From Akkermansia muciniphila (lineage in GTDB: Bacteria; Actinomycetota; Coriobacteriia; Coriobacteriales; QAMH01): DNA of 37,309 bases. The notes beneath the pieces are model-generated. The model saw only the letters and a list, made by a program, of their open reading frames with translations, was not told where the DNA came from and did no database searches. Shown here piece by piece: positions 26,201 through 36,027 of this stretch. The DNA lies in NCBI GenBank assembly GCA_963600995.1, contig CAVCDT010000002.1, positions 14,621 through 51,929 of the forward strand, written 5' to 3'. Within the stretch, counting starts at the first letter, position 1, and every line of letters starts with the position of its first letter. The position numbers and the translations under genes are program-made.

Positions 26201-28624
26201 ATGGAGTGTGCTTTGACTTCTCAAGCTTTGATCGCGTTGGCTTTCGATACGGCAAGCGAGATGCTCGCCTTGTGCGTGGGCGATGTGGCAGGTGACGATG
26301 TGCGCGTCATCGAGGCAGCCGATGCCGCCGCGCCGCGCAAATCGGAGCAGGTGCTGCTCTCGCGTGCGAGCGCCATGCTCGAGCGCGCGCAGCTTGCGCC
26401 GGCAGACGTCGACATGGTCGTCGTGGGACGCGGACCGGGGTCGTTTACGGGCGTGCGCATCGGCATCGCAACGGCCAAGGGCGTCGCATGCGGGCTCGGC
26501 TGCCCCGTCTACGGCGTTTCGACGCTCGATGCCGTGGCGTGGCATGCATGGCGCGGCGGCGTGAGGGGTAAGATCGGCGTGGTCGAAGACGCCATGCGCA
26601 AGGAGGTCTACCCCGTCCGCTTCGAGTTGGACGATAACGGCGTCACGCGCCTGGATCTGGACAGCGTCGCCAAGCCCGCCGACGTCGCTGCTGCTTGGGT
26701 CGAGTCCGCCCAGCCCCTCACGCTTTTGGGCGACGGCCTCAAAAAGCACGCCGCTCTCTTCGACGACGAGCTGTTCACTCTGGCGCCGCAGGAGCTGTGG
26801 ACGCCGGACGGCGAGGGCCTGCTGCAGGCCTACGCAGCGCTGCGCGATGCGGGCAAGCTCGCAAGCGGTGACCCCGCAATCTTGCTTCCCGTCTACACGC
26901 GTCTCTCCGATGCAGAGGAGGCCGAGCGCTCCAAGCTGAGCATCGTGGACACGATGCCTGCAAGCGGCGTGGCAGACGGCCGTGCCGTAGGGGGTTTGTT
27001 CCTCCATCCGATGTCCGTCAACGACGCCCAGGCGGTTGCCGCCTTGCAAGAGCGCGCGATGCCCAAAGACGCCTGGACCTGCGGCAAGCTCGCCGACGAG
27101 GTGGGTCGCGCGGATCGCAGTTGGTGGGTTGCGCGCAAGAACGGCGAGCTGGTGGGGTGCGCGGGCGGCCAGGTGGTCGACGGCGAGCTGTGCATCTTCA
27201 ACGTGTGCGTCGACCCCCATGAGCGCCGCCACGGCATAGCTCAGCGCTTGCTCGAGCGCGTGACCACGGATGCGCGCGCCTTGGCGGCAGACACCGTCAC
27301 GCTCGAGGTCCGCTGCGACAACGGGCCCGCTATCGCCCTCTACCATGCGCTGGGCCTTGCCGATGTGGGCGTCAGGCCCCGTTACTACCATGACCGCGCC
27401 GATGCGATGATCATGTGCGGCGACCTGCCGCTGCACTACAGCTATGCCGATGCCTCCCCGGCGTCCGCCCCCATGCACACCGGGGACGGCCCGCGGGCGG
27501 CAGAGGATGCCTGCGCACATGCAGTGCGACCGCTCATACTCGCCATCGAGAGCTCCTGTGACGAGACGGCGGCGGCAGTGGTGGACGGGCAGCGCACTAT
27601 CCTCGCCGACCAAGTGGCCAGCCAGATCGACTTCCACAGTCGCTTTGGCGGCGTCGTGCCAGAGATCGCCAGCCGCAAGCATACGGAGGCCATCGTGCCC
27701 ACGGTGATGGATGCGATGGAGCAGGCGCACGCCACATGGGACGATCTCTCGGCCATCGCCGTGACGCAGGGCCCGGGCCTTGTGGGCGCGCTGGTGGTGG
27801 GGCTGGCCTTCGCTAAGGGCCTGGCCTTTGCGACAGGACTGCCGCTCATCGGTGTGAATCACCTCGAGGGGCATCTCTATGCCAATCGCTACGTCGCACC
27901 CGATATCGAAACCCCGTTCATCGCCTTGCTCGTGAGCGGCGGGCACACGATGCTCGTACACGTGAGGGATTGGGGCGACTACGAGGTCATCGGCACGACT
28001 AAGGACGATGCCGTGGGCGAGGCCTTCGACAAGGTCGCCAAGGCGCTGGGGCTCGGCTATCCCGGCGGGCCCATCATCAGCCGCTATGCCGCGCAGGGCA
28101 ACCCCGAGGCCATCGACTTCCCGCGCGCTATGATGCACAGCGGGGACCTGCAGTTCTCCTTGAGCGGGCTCAAGACGGCGGTAATCACCTACATCAACAA
28201 GAAGAACGCCGCAGGCGAGGCTGTCGACATCCCCGATCTTGCGGCGAGCTTCCAAGCTGCGGTGGTGGACGTGCAGACGTACAAGGCCTTCAAGGCGTGC
28301 CAGATGACCGGCTGCAAGACGCTTTGCATGGGCGGCGGCGTGGCGAGCAACCCCGCTTTGCGCGCTGCCCTTGCCGACTACCTGGGCCGTCGCCAGATCC
28401 GCGTCGTCATGCCCGATGCGCACGCCTGCACGGATAACGCCACGATGATCGCGAGCTGCGCGGTCGACCTCTACAACGAGGGCCTCTTCGCAGACCTCAC
28501 CGCCGATGTCATCGCCCATATGCCCCTGCGCACCAAGGCCGATCACCAAGCAGCGGATGAAGACGCGCAGGAGCCAGCGGATAAAGCCGGCTGCAATGCA
28601 GCGGATAAGGCGGCTGGGAAGTGA
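26201..28624 (+). CDS. tsaD: Triple-fusion protein: TsaB (t6A dimerisation subunit), RimI-type GNAT acetyltransferase and TsaD (t6A transferase, Kae1/Gcp family)
   Basis: The frame has 807 codons and no internal stop. TsaB part: LAFDTASEML, GRGPGSFTGVRIGIATAKG, PVYTRLSDAEE. GNAT part: ELCIFNVCVDPHERRHGIAQRLLE, LEVRCDNGPAIALYHALG. TsaD part: ILAIESSCDETAAAVV, GVNHLEGHL, LLVSGGHT, CTDNATMIA. The start (ATG 26201) has no clear SD; a TTG at 26213 is an alternative. Confidence 0.85.
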   Translation: MECALTSQALIALAFDTASEMLALCVGDVAGDDVRVIEAADAAAPRKSEQVLLSRASAMLERAQLAPADVDMVVVGRGPGSFTGVRIGIATAKGVACGLGCPVYGVSTLDAVAWHAWRGGVRGKIGVVEDAMRKEVYPVRFELDDNGVTRLDLDSVAKPADVAAAWVESAQPLTLLGDGLKKHAALFDDELFTLAPQELWTPDGEGLLQAYAALRDAGKLASGDPAILLPVYTRLSDAEEAERSKLSIVDTMPASGVADGRAVGGLFLHPMSVNDAQAVAALQERAMPKDAWTCGKLADEVGRADRSWWVARKNGELVGCAGGQVVDGELCIFNVCVDPHERRHGIAQRLLERVTTDARALAADTVTLEVRCDNGPAIALYHALGLADVGVRPRYYHDRADAMIMCGDLPLHYSYADASPASAPMHTGDGPRAAEDACAHAVRPLILAIESSCDETAAAVVDGQRTILADQVASQIDFHSRFGGVVPEIASRKHTEAIVPTVMDAMEQAHATWDDLSAIAVTQGPGLVGALVVGLAFAKGLAFATGLPLIGVNHLEGHLYANRYVAPDIETPFIALLVSGGHTMLVHVRDWGDYEVIGTTKDDAVGEAFDKVAKALGLGYPGGPIISRYAAQGNPEAIDFPRAMMHSGDLQFSLSGLKTAVITYINKKNAAGEAVDIPDLAASFQAAVVDVQTYKAFKACQMTGCKTLCMGGGVASNPALRAALADYLGRRQIRVVMPDAHACTDNATMIASCAVDLYNEGLFADLTADVIAHMPLRTKADHQAADEDAQEPADKAGCNAADKAAGK

Positions 28625-29679
28625 CAGCCGCCCCTATGCAAAGCGAGCCCCAGGGAAGCAGCACTCCCGTGCTGCTCATGGTGTCCGGCGGGTCGGACTC
28701 CATGGCGTTGCTCGAGCTTGCTGCGCTCCTCGCGGCGGGAGAAGAGCCAGCCGGCCCTGTGGGGCGCAAGCTCGCGGCGATGATGGGCGAGTCCCTGCCG
28801 CAGATTGGGCAAGCCTCGCTGCTGGTGCTCCATGTCAACCATCTCCTGCGCGGCGAGGCATCCGACGGCGACGAGGGCTTCGTCGTGCGCCGCTGCCAGG
28901 AGCTGGGGGTGGTCTTCCGTGTGCGTCGCGTGGACGTCGCAACGCTTGCGAAGCGCAGCGGTGCGGGCATGGAGGCCGTCGCGCGCAGCGAGCGCTACCG
29001 CTTGGCTGCAGAGGTCCTGGCCACGGTGTCGCGCAACCAAAGGGGGCTCATCCTCACCGCCCATACCCTCGATGACCGCGTCGAGACCTTCTGCATGCGC
29101 ACTCTGGTGGGGACGGGCCCGGGTGGTTTGGGGAGCATCCCGCGTCGCAGGGACAATATCGTGCGCCCGCTGCTCGATGCCACACGCCAGGAGCTGCGCG
29201 ATTTTCTGGTAGAGCAGTACCCGGGTGCCTTGCCGGGCCAGTTGTGGCGCGACGACGCTACCAACGACGACGGGTCGAACTTCCGAAGCCGCGTGCGCAG
29301 CGAGCTCGTTCCCGTCATGCGTAAGCTCAAGCCCGGGTTCGAGGCAAGTCTTGCGCGGACGATGGACCTCATCGCCGAGGAAGACGATGCGCGCTTGCAG
29401 GCAGCCCAGGGCATCGTGTACCGCAACCTGGAGTTCGACGGCGATACCGTTGCGATCCCCCTTGCGGCGCTTAACGCGCTCGACGTCCCGCTCAAGCGGC
29501 GCGTCATCCGCCAGTGCCTGCTCGCGGTCGACCCCGAGGCCCGGCTCGAGTCCGCGCAGATCCAGCGCATCGTGAACGGCATGGACGCTGGCAAGCCCTT
29601 TGCTGTCGATGTGGACAGCTCGATTCGCGTCAACGGGGATTCGACGTGCCTGCGTATGCGCGTCGTGCATCAGGGCTAG
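28621..29679 (+). CDS. tilS: tRNA(Ile)-lysidine synthetase
   Basis: The PP-loop is LLMVSGGSDSMALL, followed by LHVNHLLRGEASDGDEGFV. GTG 28621 overlaps the tsaD-fusion stop (GTGA). The tilS-hpt-ftsH order is widely conserved. Confidence 0.85.
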   Translation: MTAAPMQSEPQGSSTPVLLMVSGGSDSMALLELAALLAAGEEPAGPVGRKLAAMMGESLPQIGQASLLVLHVNHLLRGEASDGDEGFVVRRCQELGVVFRVRRVDVATLAKRSGAGMEAVARSERYRLAAEVLATVSRNQRGLILTAHTLDDRVETFCMRTLVGTGPGGLGSIPRRRDNIVRPLLDATRQELRDFLVEQYPGALPGQLWRDDATNDDGSNFRSRVRSELVPVMRKLKPGFEASLARTMDLIAEEDDARLQAAQGIVYRNLEFDGDTVAIPLAALNALDVPLKRRVIRQCLLAVDPEARLESAQIQRIVNGMDAGKPFAVDVDSSIRVNGDSTCLRMRVVHQG

Positions 29680-29757
29680 AATCTGCGACAATAAACGGAT
29701 GCTTTGAAACCATCAGTTGACGAAACCATACCGCTTAACAGGTTCTTGACACGTCAA

Positions 29758-29766
29758 TGGCATAAT
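29758..29766 (+). promoter_or_regulatory. Possible extended -10 element upstream of hpt
   Basis: TGGCATAAT (TG-n-CATAAT) lies 34 nt upstream of the hpt ATG. No convincing -35 is present at 17 nt; a TTGACA sits only 9 nt upstream. Confidence 0.3.
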
Positions 29767-29799
29767 CGGTTGCTAACCGTATTAAGGAGAGCTTTTTAG

Positions 29800-30339
29800 A
29801 TGAATCATCCTGATATCACCGAGGTCGTTTTAAGCGAGCAGCAGCTTAAAGAGCGCGTAGCCCAGATGGGTAGCCAGATCGCCCAGGATTATGCCGGCAA
29901 GGACTTGGTGGTCGTGACCATCCTGCGCGGTGGCGCTATCTTCGCGACGGACCTCGTCCGCGCAATCGACTTGCCGCTCGAGCTCGACTTCATGGCCGTG
30001 AGCTCCTACGGCAACTCCACCACCTCGAGCGGTCGCGTCCGCATTCTCAAGGACCTCTCGAGCTCTATCGAGGGCAAGCACGTCCTCATCGCCGAGGATA
30101 TCCTCGATACGGGCATCACCTTGAGCCACTTGATAGCGGTGCTGGGGCATCGCAACCCCGCGAGCATCGAGATCGCGGCTCTGCTCAAGAAGCAGGGCAC
30201 GCAGAAGGTCGACATCAGCTGCAAGTACGTGGGCTTCGACTGCCCCGACGCCTTCATCGTGGGTTACGGCCTCGACTACGCAGAGCGCTACCGCAACCTG
30301 CCCTACATAGGCGTGCTCGACCCCAAGGTCTACGCTTAG
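29800..30339 (+). CDS. hpt: Hypoxanthine(-guanine) phosphoribosyltransferase
   Basis: VVTILRGGAIFATDLVRAI, FMAVSSYG and VLIAEDILDTGITL (PRPP-binding loop) are present. AAGGAG sits at 29784-29789. Confidence 0.95.
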   Translation: MNHPDITEVVLSEQQLKERVAQMGSQIAQDYAGKDLVVVTILRGGAIFATDLVRAIDLPLELDFMAVSSYGNSTTSSGRVRILKDLSSSIEGKHVLIAEDILDTGITLSHLIAVLGHRNPASIEIAALLKKQGTQKVDISCKYVGFDCPDAFIVGYGLDYAERYRNLPYIGVLDPKVYA

Positions 30340-30387
30340 ATCAGATCAGCCACCCAAGTAATCCGACCAACGAGGAGGCCCTCCGGC

Positions 30388-32478
<2,091 letters not shown>

Positions 32479-32519
32479 CTCCAAAGGCTGGCTCCAAGGG
32501 CCGGCTTTCGCAATCGATT

Positions 32520-32559
32520 AGAGGCAGGTGCCCAAGCGGCCCTGCCTCTGCTTTTGTTT
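32520..32559 (+). terminator. Rho-independent terminator of hpt-ftsH
   Basis: AGAGGCAGG (32520-28) pairs with CCTGCCTCT (32541-49), followed by GCTTTTGTTT. Confidence 0.8.
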
Positions 32560-32661
32560 GCCGCACAGTGGGTGTTTCGTACGCGAAGGTCGGCTGGGGT
32601 GCCGTGTCTGTTCGCGCTGCGCTATCATGTGCGGATGCGATAAACGAGTAAGGAGTTTTTG

Positions 32662-33231
32662 ATGGATCACGGCAAGATCGAAGAAGGCGTTCGCCTCATC
32701 CTCGAGGGCGTGGGGGAGGATCCCAACCGCGACGGCCTGCTTGAGACGCCTGCGCGCGTCGCTCGTATGTACGAGGAGATCTTGGCGGGCATGCACGAGG
32801 ATCCTGCAGAGCTCTTCGAGAACACCTTCGATGAGGGTCATCAGGAGATGGTCGTCGTGCACGACATCCCGGTCTACAGTATCTGCGAGCATCACCTGGT
32901 GCCCTTCTACGGTGTGGCGCATGTCGCCTACATCCCCAACAAGAGCGGCCGGGTGTGCGGCATCTCCAAGCTGGCGCGTCTGGTCGACCTCTATGCGCGC
33001 CGCCCGCAGGTTCAAGAGCGCCTGACCAGCCAGGTGGCCGATACCCTGGTCGAGCAGATGAACCCCAACGGCGTGATGGTCGTCATCGAATGCGAGCATA
33101 TGTGCATGACGATGCGCGGCGTCAAGAAACCCGGGTCTAAGACTACGACCTCTGCTGTGCGCGGGACCTTCGCAAAGGACGAGCGAACGCGGGCCGAGGC
33201 CCTGCGCCTGATCATGGGCGGTCGCAGGTAG
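32662..33231 (+). CDS. folE: GTP cyclohydrolase I
   Basis: [47 protein letters not shown] and [12 protein letters not shown] are present. AAGGAG (32650-55) lies 6 nt before ATG 32662. Confidence 0.95.
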   Translation: MDHGKIEEGVRLILEGVGEDPNRDGLLETPARVARMYEEILAGMHEDPAELFENTFDEGHQEMVVVHDIPVYSICEHHLVPFYGVAHVAYIPNKSGRVCGISKLARLVDLYARRPQVQERLTSQVADTLVEQMNPNGVMVVIECEHMCMTMRGVKKPGSKTTTSAVRGTFAKDERTRAEALRLIMGGRR

Positions 33232-33240
33232 CTGCTGATG

Positions 33241-33271
33241 ACGGAGAGGCGCAAAAGCCTCTCCGTTTTTT
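33241..33271 (+). terminator. Rho-independent terminator between folE and folP-folK
   Basis: ACGGAGAGGC (33241-50) pairs with GCCTCTCCGT (33257-66): a 10-bp stem with a 6-nt GCAAAA loop. The T-run is TTTTTT (33266-71). It lies only 26 nt upstream of the folP start. Confidence 0.8.
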
Positions 33272-33296
33272 CATTACCGAGGGAGATGGAAAGCAC

Positions 33297-34571
33297 ATGC
33301 TTTGGAAAGCGAAAGACCGCGTCTTCGAGGGCAACGGCACCGTCATGGGTATCCTCAACGTGACGCCGGATTCCTTTAGCGACGGTGGCATTCATAACGC
33401 ATATAGCGACGCTATCGCCTTTGCGGAAGAGATGCTTGCCCAAAGCGCGGATATCGTCGACGTCGGCGGCGAGTCGACGCGTCCGGGTTCTACTTCTCCG
33501 AGCATCCAGGAAGAGATTGACCGCGTGCTCCCCGTGGTGCGGACGCTCGTCGAGCATGGGGTGTGCGTGAGCGTCGATACGCGCCATTGGGAGGTTGCGC
33601 AGGCCTGTATCGAAGCTGGCGTGCATGTCATCAACGATGTTTCCGGTTTCAGGGACCCCAAGATGCGCGAGGTGGCAGCGGCGAGTGATTGCGGCTTGGT
33701 GGTCATGCATATGCTGGGCGAGCCGGGGACTATGCAGGATGCCCCGCATTATGACGATGTGGCGGCCGAGGTGCGCGACTACCTGGTCGACCAGGCGGCC
33801 AAGCTCGAGGCGCTAGGTGTCGAGCCGCAGCGTATCTGCATCGATCCCGGTCCGGGCTTTGGCAAGACCTTCGAGCATAACCAGGCGCTCATCGCGGCCA
33901 CAGCACAGCTTGCGGATTGCGGGTATCCGCTGATGGTGGCTGTGAGCCGTAAAAGCTACATAGGCACCGCAGCTGGAATCGAGGTGCCAGCAGATCGCGA
34001 TGAGGCGAGCGCCCTGTGCGCCGCAGCGGCGCTTGCCCATGGGGCGCTCGTTGCCCGCGTGCACGACGTGGCGTCAACAAAGCGCATACTCGTCAGCTCT
34101 AAGCGCGCTGTCGTGGCGCTTGGGTCCAACATGGGCGACAAAGCGGCATATCTCGATGCGGCGGTTGATGCTCTGCGCAAGACGGAGGGCGTGTGGGTTT
34201 ACAGCGTGAGCGACTATGTTGCAAGCGAGCCTGCCTACAAGGAGGACCAAGAATCCTTTGCCAACGCCGTGGCCGTCTTGCAGACGACGCTTGCCCCGCA
34301 TGAGCTGCTCGATGCATTGCATGCAATCGAAAACGCCCAGGGACGCGTGCGCCATGAGGCAAACGGCCCGCGCACGCTCGACCTCGACATTCTCGATTAC
34401 GAGGGCATATCAAGCGACGATCCGCAGCTCGTGCTCCCGCATCCTCGCATCCTCGAGCGCGACTTCGTCGTCACGCCGCTGCTACAGATCGAGCCCGGCT
34501 ACTGCCTTGCCGATGGTACTGAGGTCAATCGTGACAGCATCAAATACGGCAAGGTCACAGGCCGTCTGTAA
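33297..34571 (+). CDS. folP: Bifunctional dihydropteroate synthase / 6-hydroxymethyl-7,8-dihydropterin pyrophosphokinase (FolP-FolK fusion)
   Basis: The N-terminal ~265 aa carry GILNVTPDSFSDGG, DVGGESTRPG, INDVSG, DPGPGFGKT and ARVHDV (DHPS). The C-terminal ~155 aa carry VVALGSNMGD, GPRTLDLDIL, LPHPRILERDFV (HPPK). One frame, no stop between the two parts. Confidence 0.9.
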   Translation: MLWKAKDRVFEGNGTVMGILNVTPDSFSDGGIHNAYSDAIAFAEEMLAQSADIVDVGGESTRPGSTSPSIQEEIDRVLPVVRTLVEHGVCVSVDTRHWEVAQACIEAGVHVINDVSGFRDPKMREVAAASDCGLVVMHMLGEPGTMQDAPHYDDVAAEVRDYLVDQAAKLEALGVEPQRICIDPGPGFGKTFEHNQALIAATAQLADCGYPLMVAVSRKSYIGTAAGIEVPADRDEASALCAAAALAHGALVARVHDVASTKRILVSSKRAVVALGSNMGDKAAYLDAAVDALRKTEGVWVYSVSDYVASEPAYKEDQESFANAVAVLQTTLAPHELLDALHAIENAQGRVRHEANGPRTLDLDILDYEGISSDDPQLVLPHPRILERDFVVTPLLQIEPGYCLADGTEVNRDSIKYGKVTGRL

Positions 34572-34585
34572 TACAGTGACTGCGC

Positions 34586-34626
34586 TGCCCGCCCTCACCC
34601 GCACATGAGGACGGGCAACATCTTTT
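34586..34626. terminator. Hairpin shared by the convergent folP-folK and lipoprotein genes (bidirectional terminator candidate)
   Basis: TGCCCGCCCTCA (34586-97) pairs with TGAGGACGGGCA (34606-17): 12 bp with one mismatch and an 8-nt loop, followed by ACATCTTTT on the + strand. Confidence 0.55.
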
Positions 34627-34633
34627 GAGCGCG

Positions 34634-35368
34634 CTATTTCTCGGTCGAGTTTATTTGGCGTTGAACTTTCTCGAAGGAGACGCCGCTGTTGAGCGCTTTC
34701 TCGATTACCTCGGTCGTGTAAGACCGAGCTGCGCGGCTGCTCCCCATCTTTTTATATTCGAATGTCGCGCCATCGTCTTCGCTTATGAGCTCGGCATTTG
34801 TTCCGCAAAGCAGGGCGTACAAGTTGGTCCCCCATTGCGGGAACTTCGTTTCTTTCATGAGAAAATAAACCGCGTGATCTCCTATAGAAGGAGCTTTTTC
34901 ATCAATTGCCTTCTGGTAGATGACCGTAGCGTCGATTTTGTATTCTGGCCAATCGCTGTATGTTTCCAGAATCGTTTCGTCAGCGGAAATAGCGTCTCTG
35001 AGAGGTATGTACCCGCCAGAGTACAGAACAGATATGTGGCTGTCTTTGCCGAGAGCTTCTTCTCCTTTTAATTGGCTCTCAACCTCAATATCCGCAATCG
35101 TAAATGCCAACGACCCTTCTGTAACGTATGTCAGTTCTTTTATTGTTCCTTCGACAACCACGTCGGATTGCTCCCTCAGTGTTTTGAGATCGTTCCCATA
35201 GAGGTAATCTGACGAAAATCCCGTGTTGACTGTCTCTGTGAACTGCGTGGGGTTGATTTCGCCCGTATGGCTTTTTTCGAGGGGATTACTGGGAGTGCAT
35301 GCGCAGAGCGTCCCAATTGTTGCGCAGGAAGCTAGGGCTAGAGCTAAAGACAGGAAACGAGTTTTCAT
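34634..35368 (-). CDS. Putative lipoprotein, family not recognised (244 aa)
   Basis: ATG at 35368 (minus strand) is preceded by AAGGAGG with a 9-nt spacer. The N-terminus MKTRFLSLALALASCATIG has a lipobox-like L-A-S-C. The ORF-track start at 35398 adds 10 residues without an SD. The gene is low-GC. Confidence 0.75.
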   Translation of the reverse strand: MKTRFLSLALALASCATIGTLCACTPSNPLEKSHTGEINPTQFTETVNTGFSSDYLYGNDLKTLREQSDVVVEGTIKELTYVTEGSLAFTIADIEVESQLKGEEALGKDSHISVLYSGGYIPLRDAISADETILETYSDWPEYKIDATVIYQKAIDEKAPSIGDHAVYFLMKETKFPQWGTNLYALLCGTNAELISEDDGATFEYKKMGSSRAARSYTTEVIEKALNSGVSFEKVQRQINSTEK

Positions 35369-35582
35369 GGCTAATTGCCTCCTTGCCTTGATTGTCAACC
35401 CGGATTATTTGCGGGTTCTGCAGGCGAGCATACTCTCCTAGGTGTTCCGAAGTCGTTCGTTTGCGTGACGAGACTGTTCTCAAATCTCAGCATCGCTACT
35501 AGCCCTGATGAGATTCTTTGCTCTTCATCTGAACCTGTTGTGTTGCGATTCTAGATTCTGACGCGGGGGACTGTGCTTTCGC

Positions 35583-35801
35583 TCAGGCCAGTCCGGTTTT
35601 GTTACTTGCGTCAGTTGTTTCGTTGCGATGGGTATCTGCCGGGCGATTGCATTGCGGTCTCCCGTGCTGCTGCTCGAATTTTCCGAGCTCGTCATGGATT
35701 GCCTTTCGCACAACCCAGTAGATTGCAAGCAGTGCAATTGCAAAAGCAGCGAGGCCCGGGATAAGAGAGCTGACAACAACAAACAGGGTTGTGGCATCCA
35801 T
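35583..35801 (-). CDS. Small single-pass membrane protein (72 aa), unknown function
   Basis: A near-perfect SD (AAGGAGG, 6-nt spacer) precedes ATG at 35801 on the minus strand. The hydrophobic helix is LFVVVSSLIPGLAAFAIALLAIYWVV, followed by a charged tail RKAIHDELGKFEQQHG. The overlapping 100-aa ORF in another frame would have to contain this SD, so it was rejected. Confidence 0.6.
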   Translation of the reverse strand: MDATTLFVVVSSLIPGLAAFAIALLAIYWVVRKAIHDELGKFEQQHGRPQCNRPADTHRNETTDASNKTGLA

Positions 35802-35905
35802 TGCCTGCCTCCTTTATGCAAACTCAATGCGCAAATATAGCGCGCCGTCGGACTTCATGACTGACTCCTATCGATAGTGTTTAATGTTGAGCAAATTGAC
35901 GCTCT

Positions 35906-35917
35906 GTCTTTAAAGAC
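35906..35917. promoter_or_regulatory. Perfect 12-bp palindrome in the divergent control region (possible operator)
   Basis: GTCTTTAAAGAC is self-complementary. It lies between the divergent small-membrane-protein and sigma-factor genes. Confidence 0.25.
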
Positions 35918-36027
35918 GAGAATCGGGGCTTGGGGTAACGCGGTTTCAGGAAAAGTTTTGATTGCTTACGTTACCTATGGCCGAGTTTTTCGTCTTTGTT
36001 ATGGAAAGTGCTTTGAGAAGGGAGGTT

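Noticed and set aside
32560-32661. THF or ZTP (pfl) riboswitch upstream of folE.
   Set aside because: I found no match to the conserved ZTP 3' element (CCGCCUGGGC-like) or to the THF core segments. A TATCAT -10-like hexamer at ~32626 would leave a leader of only ~30 nt.
35506-35535. CTGATGAG string reminiscent of the hammerhead ribozyme core.
   Set aside because: The downstream sequence lacks the GAAA element, the stem II/III geometry and a cleavage-site context. It is more simply an imperfect hairpin (GATGAG ... CTCTTCATC) in an AT-rich spacer.
35525-35827. 100-aa minus-strand ORF overlapping the 72-aa small membrane protein in another frame.
   Set aside because: Its start would lie upstream of, and read through, the AAGGAGG that perfectly serves the 72-aa frame. 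Its product is S/L/Q-rich without a clear hydrophobic helix or an SD of its own.
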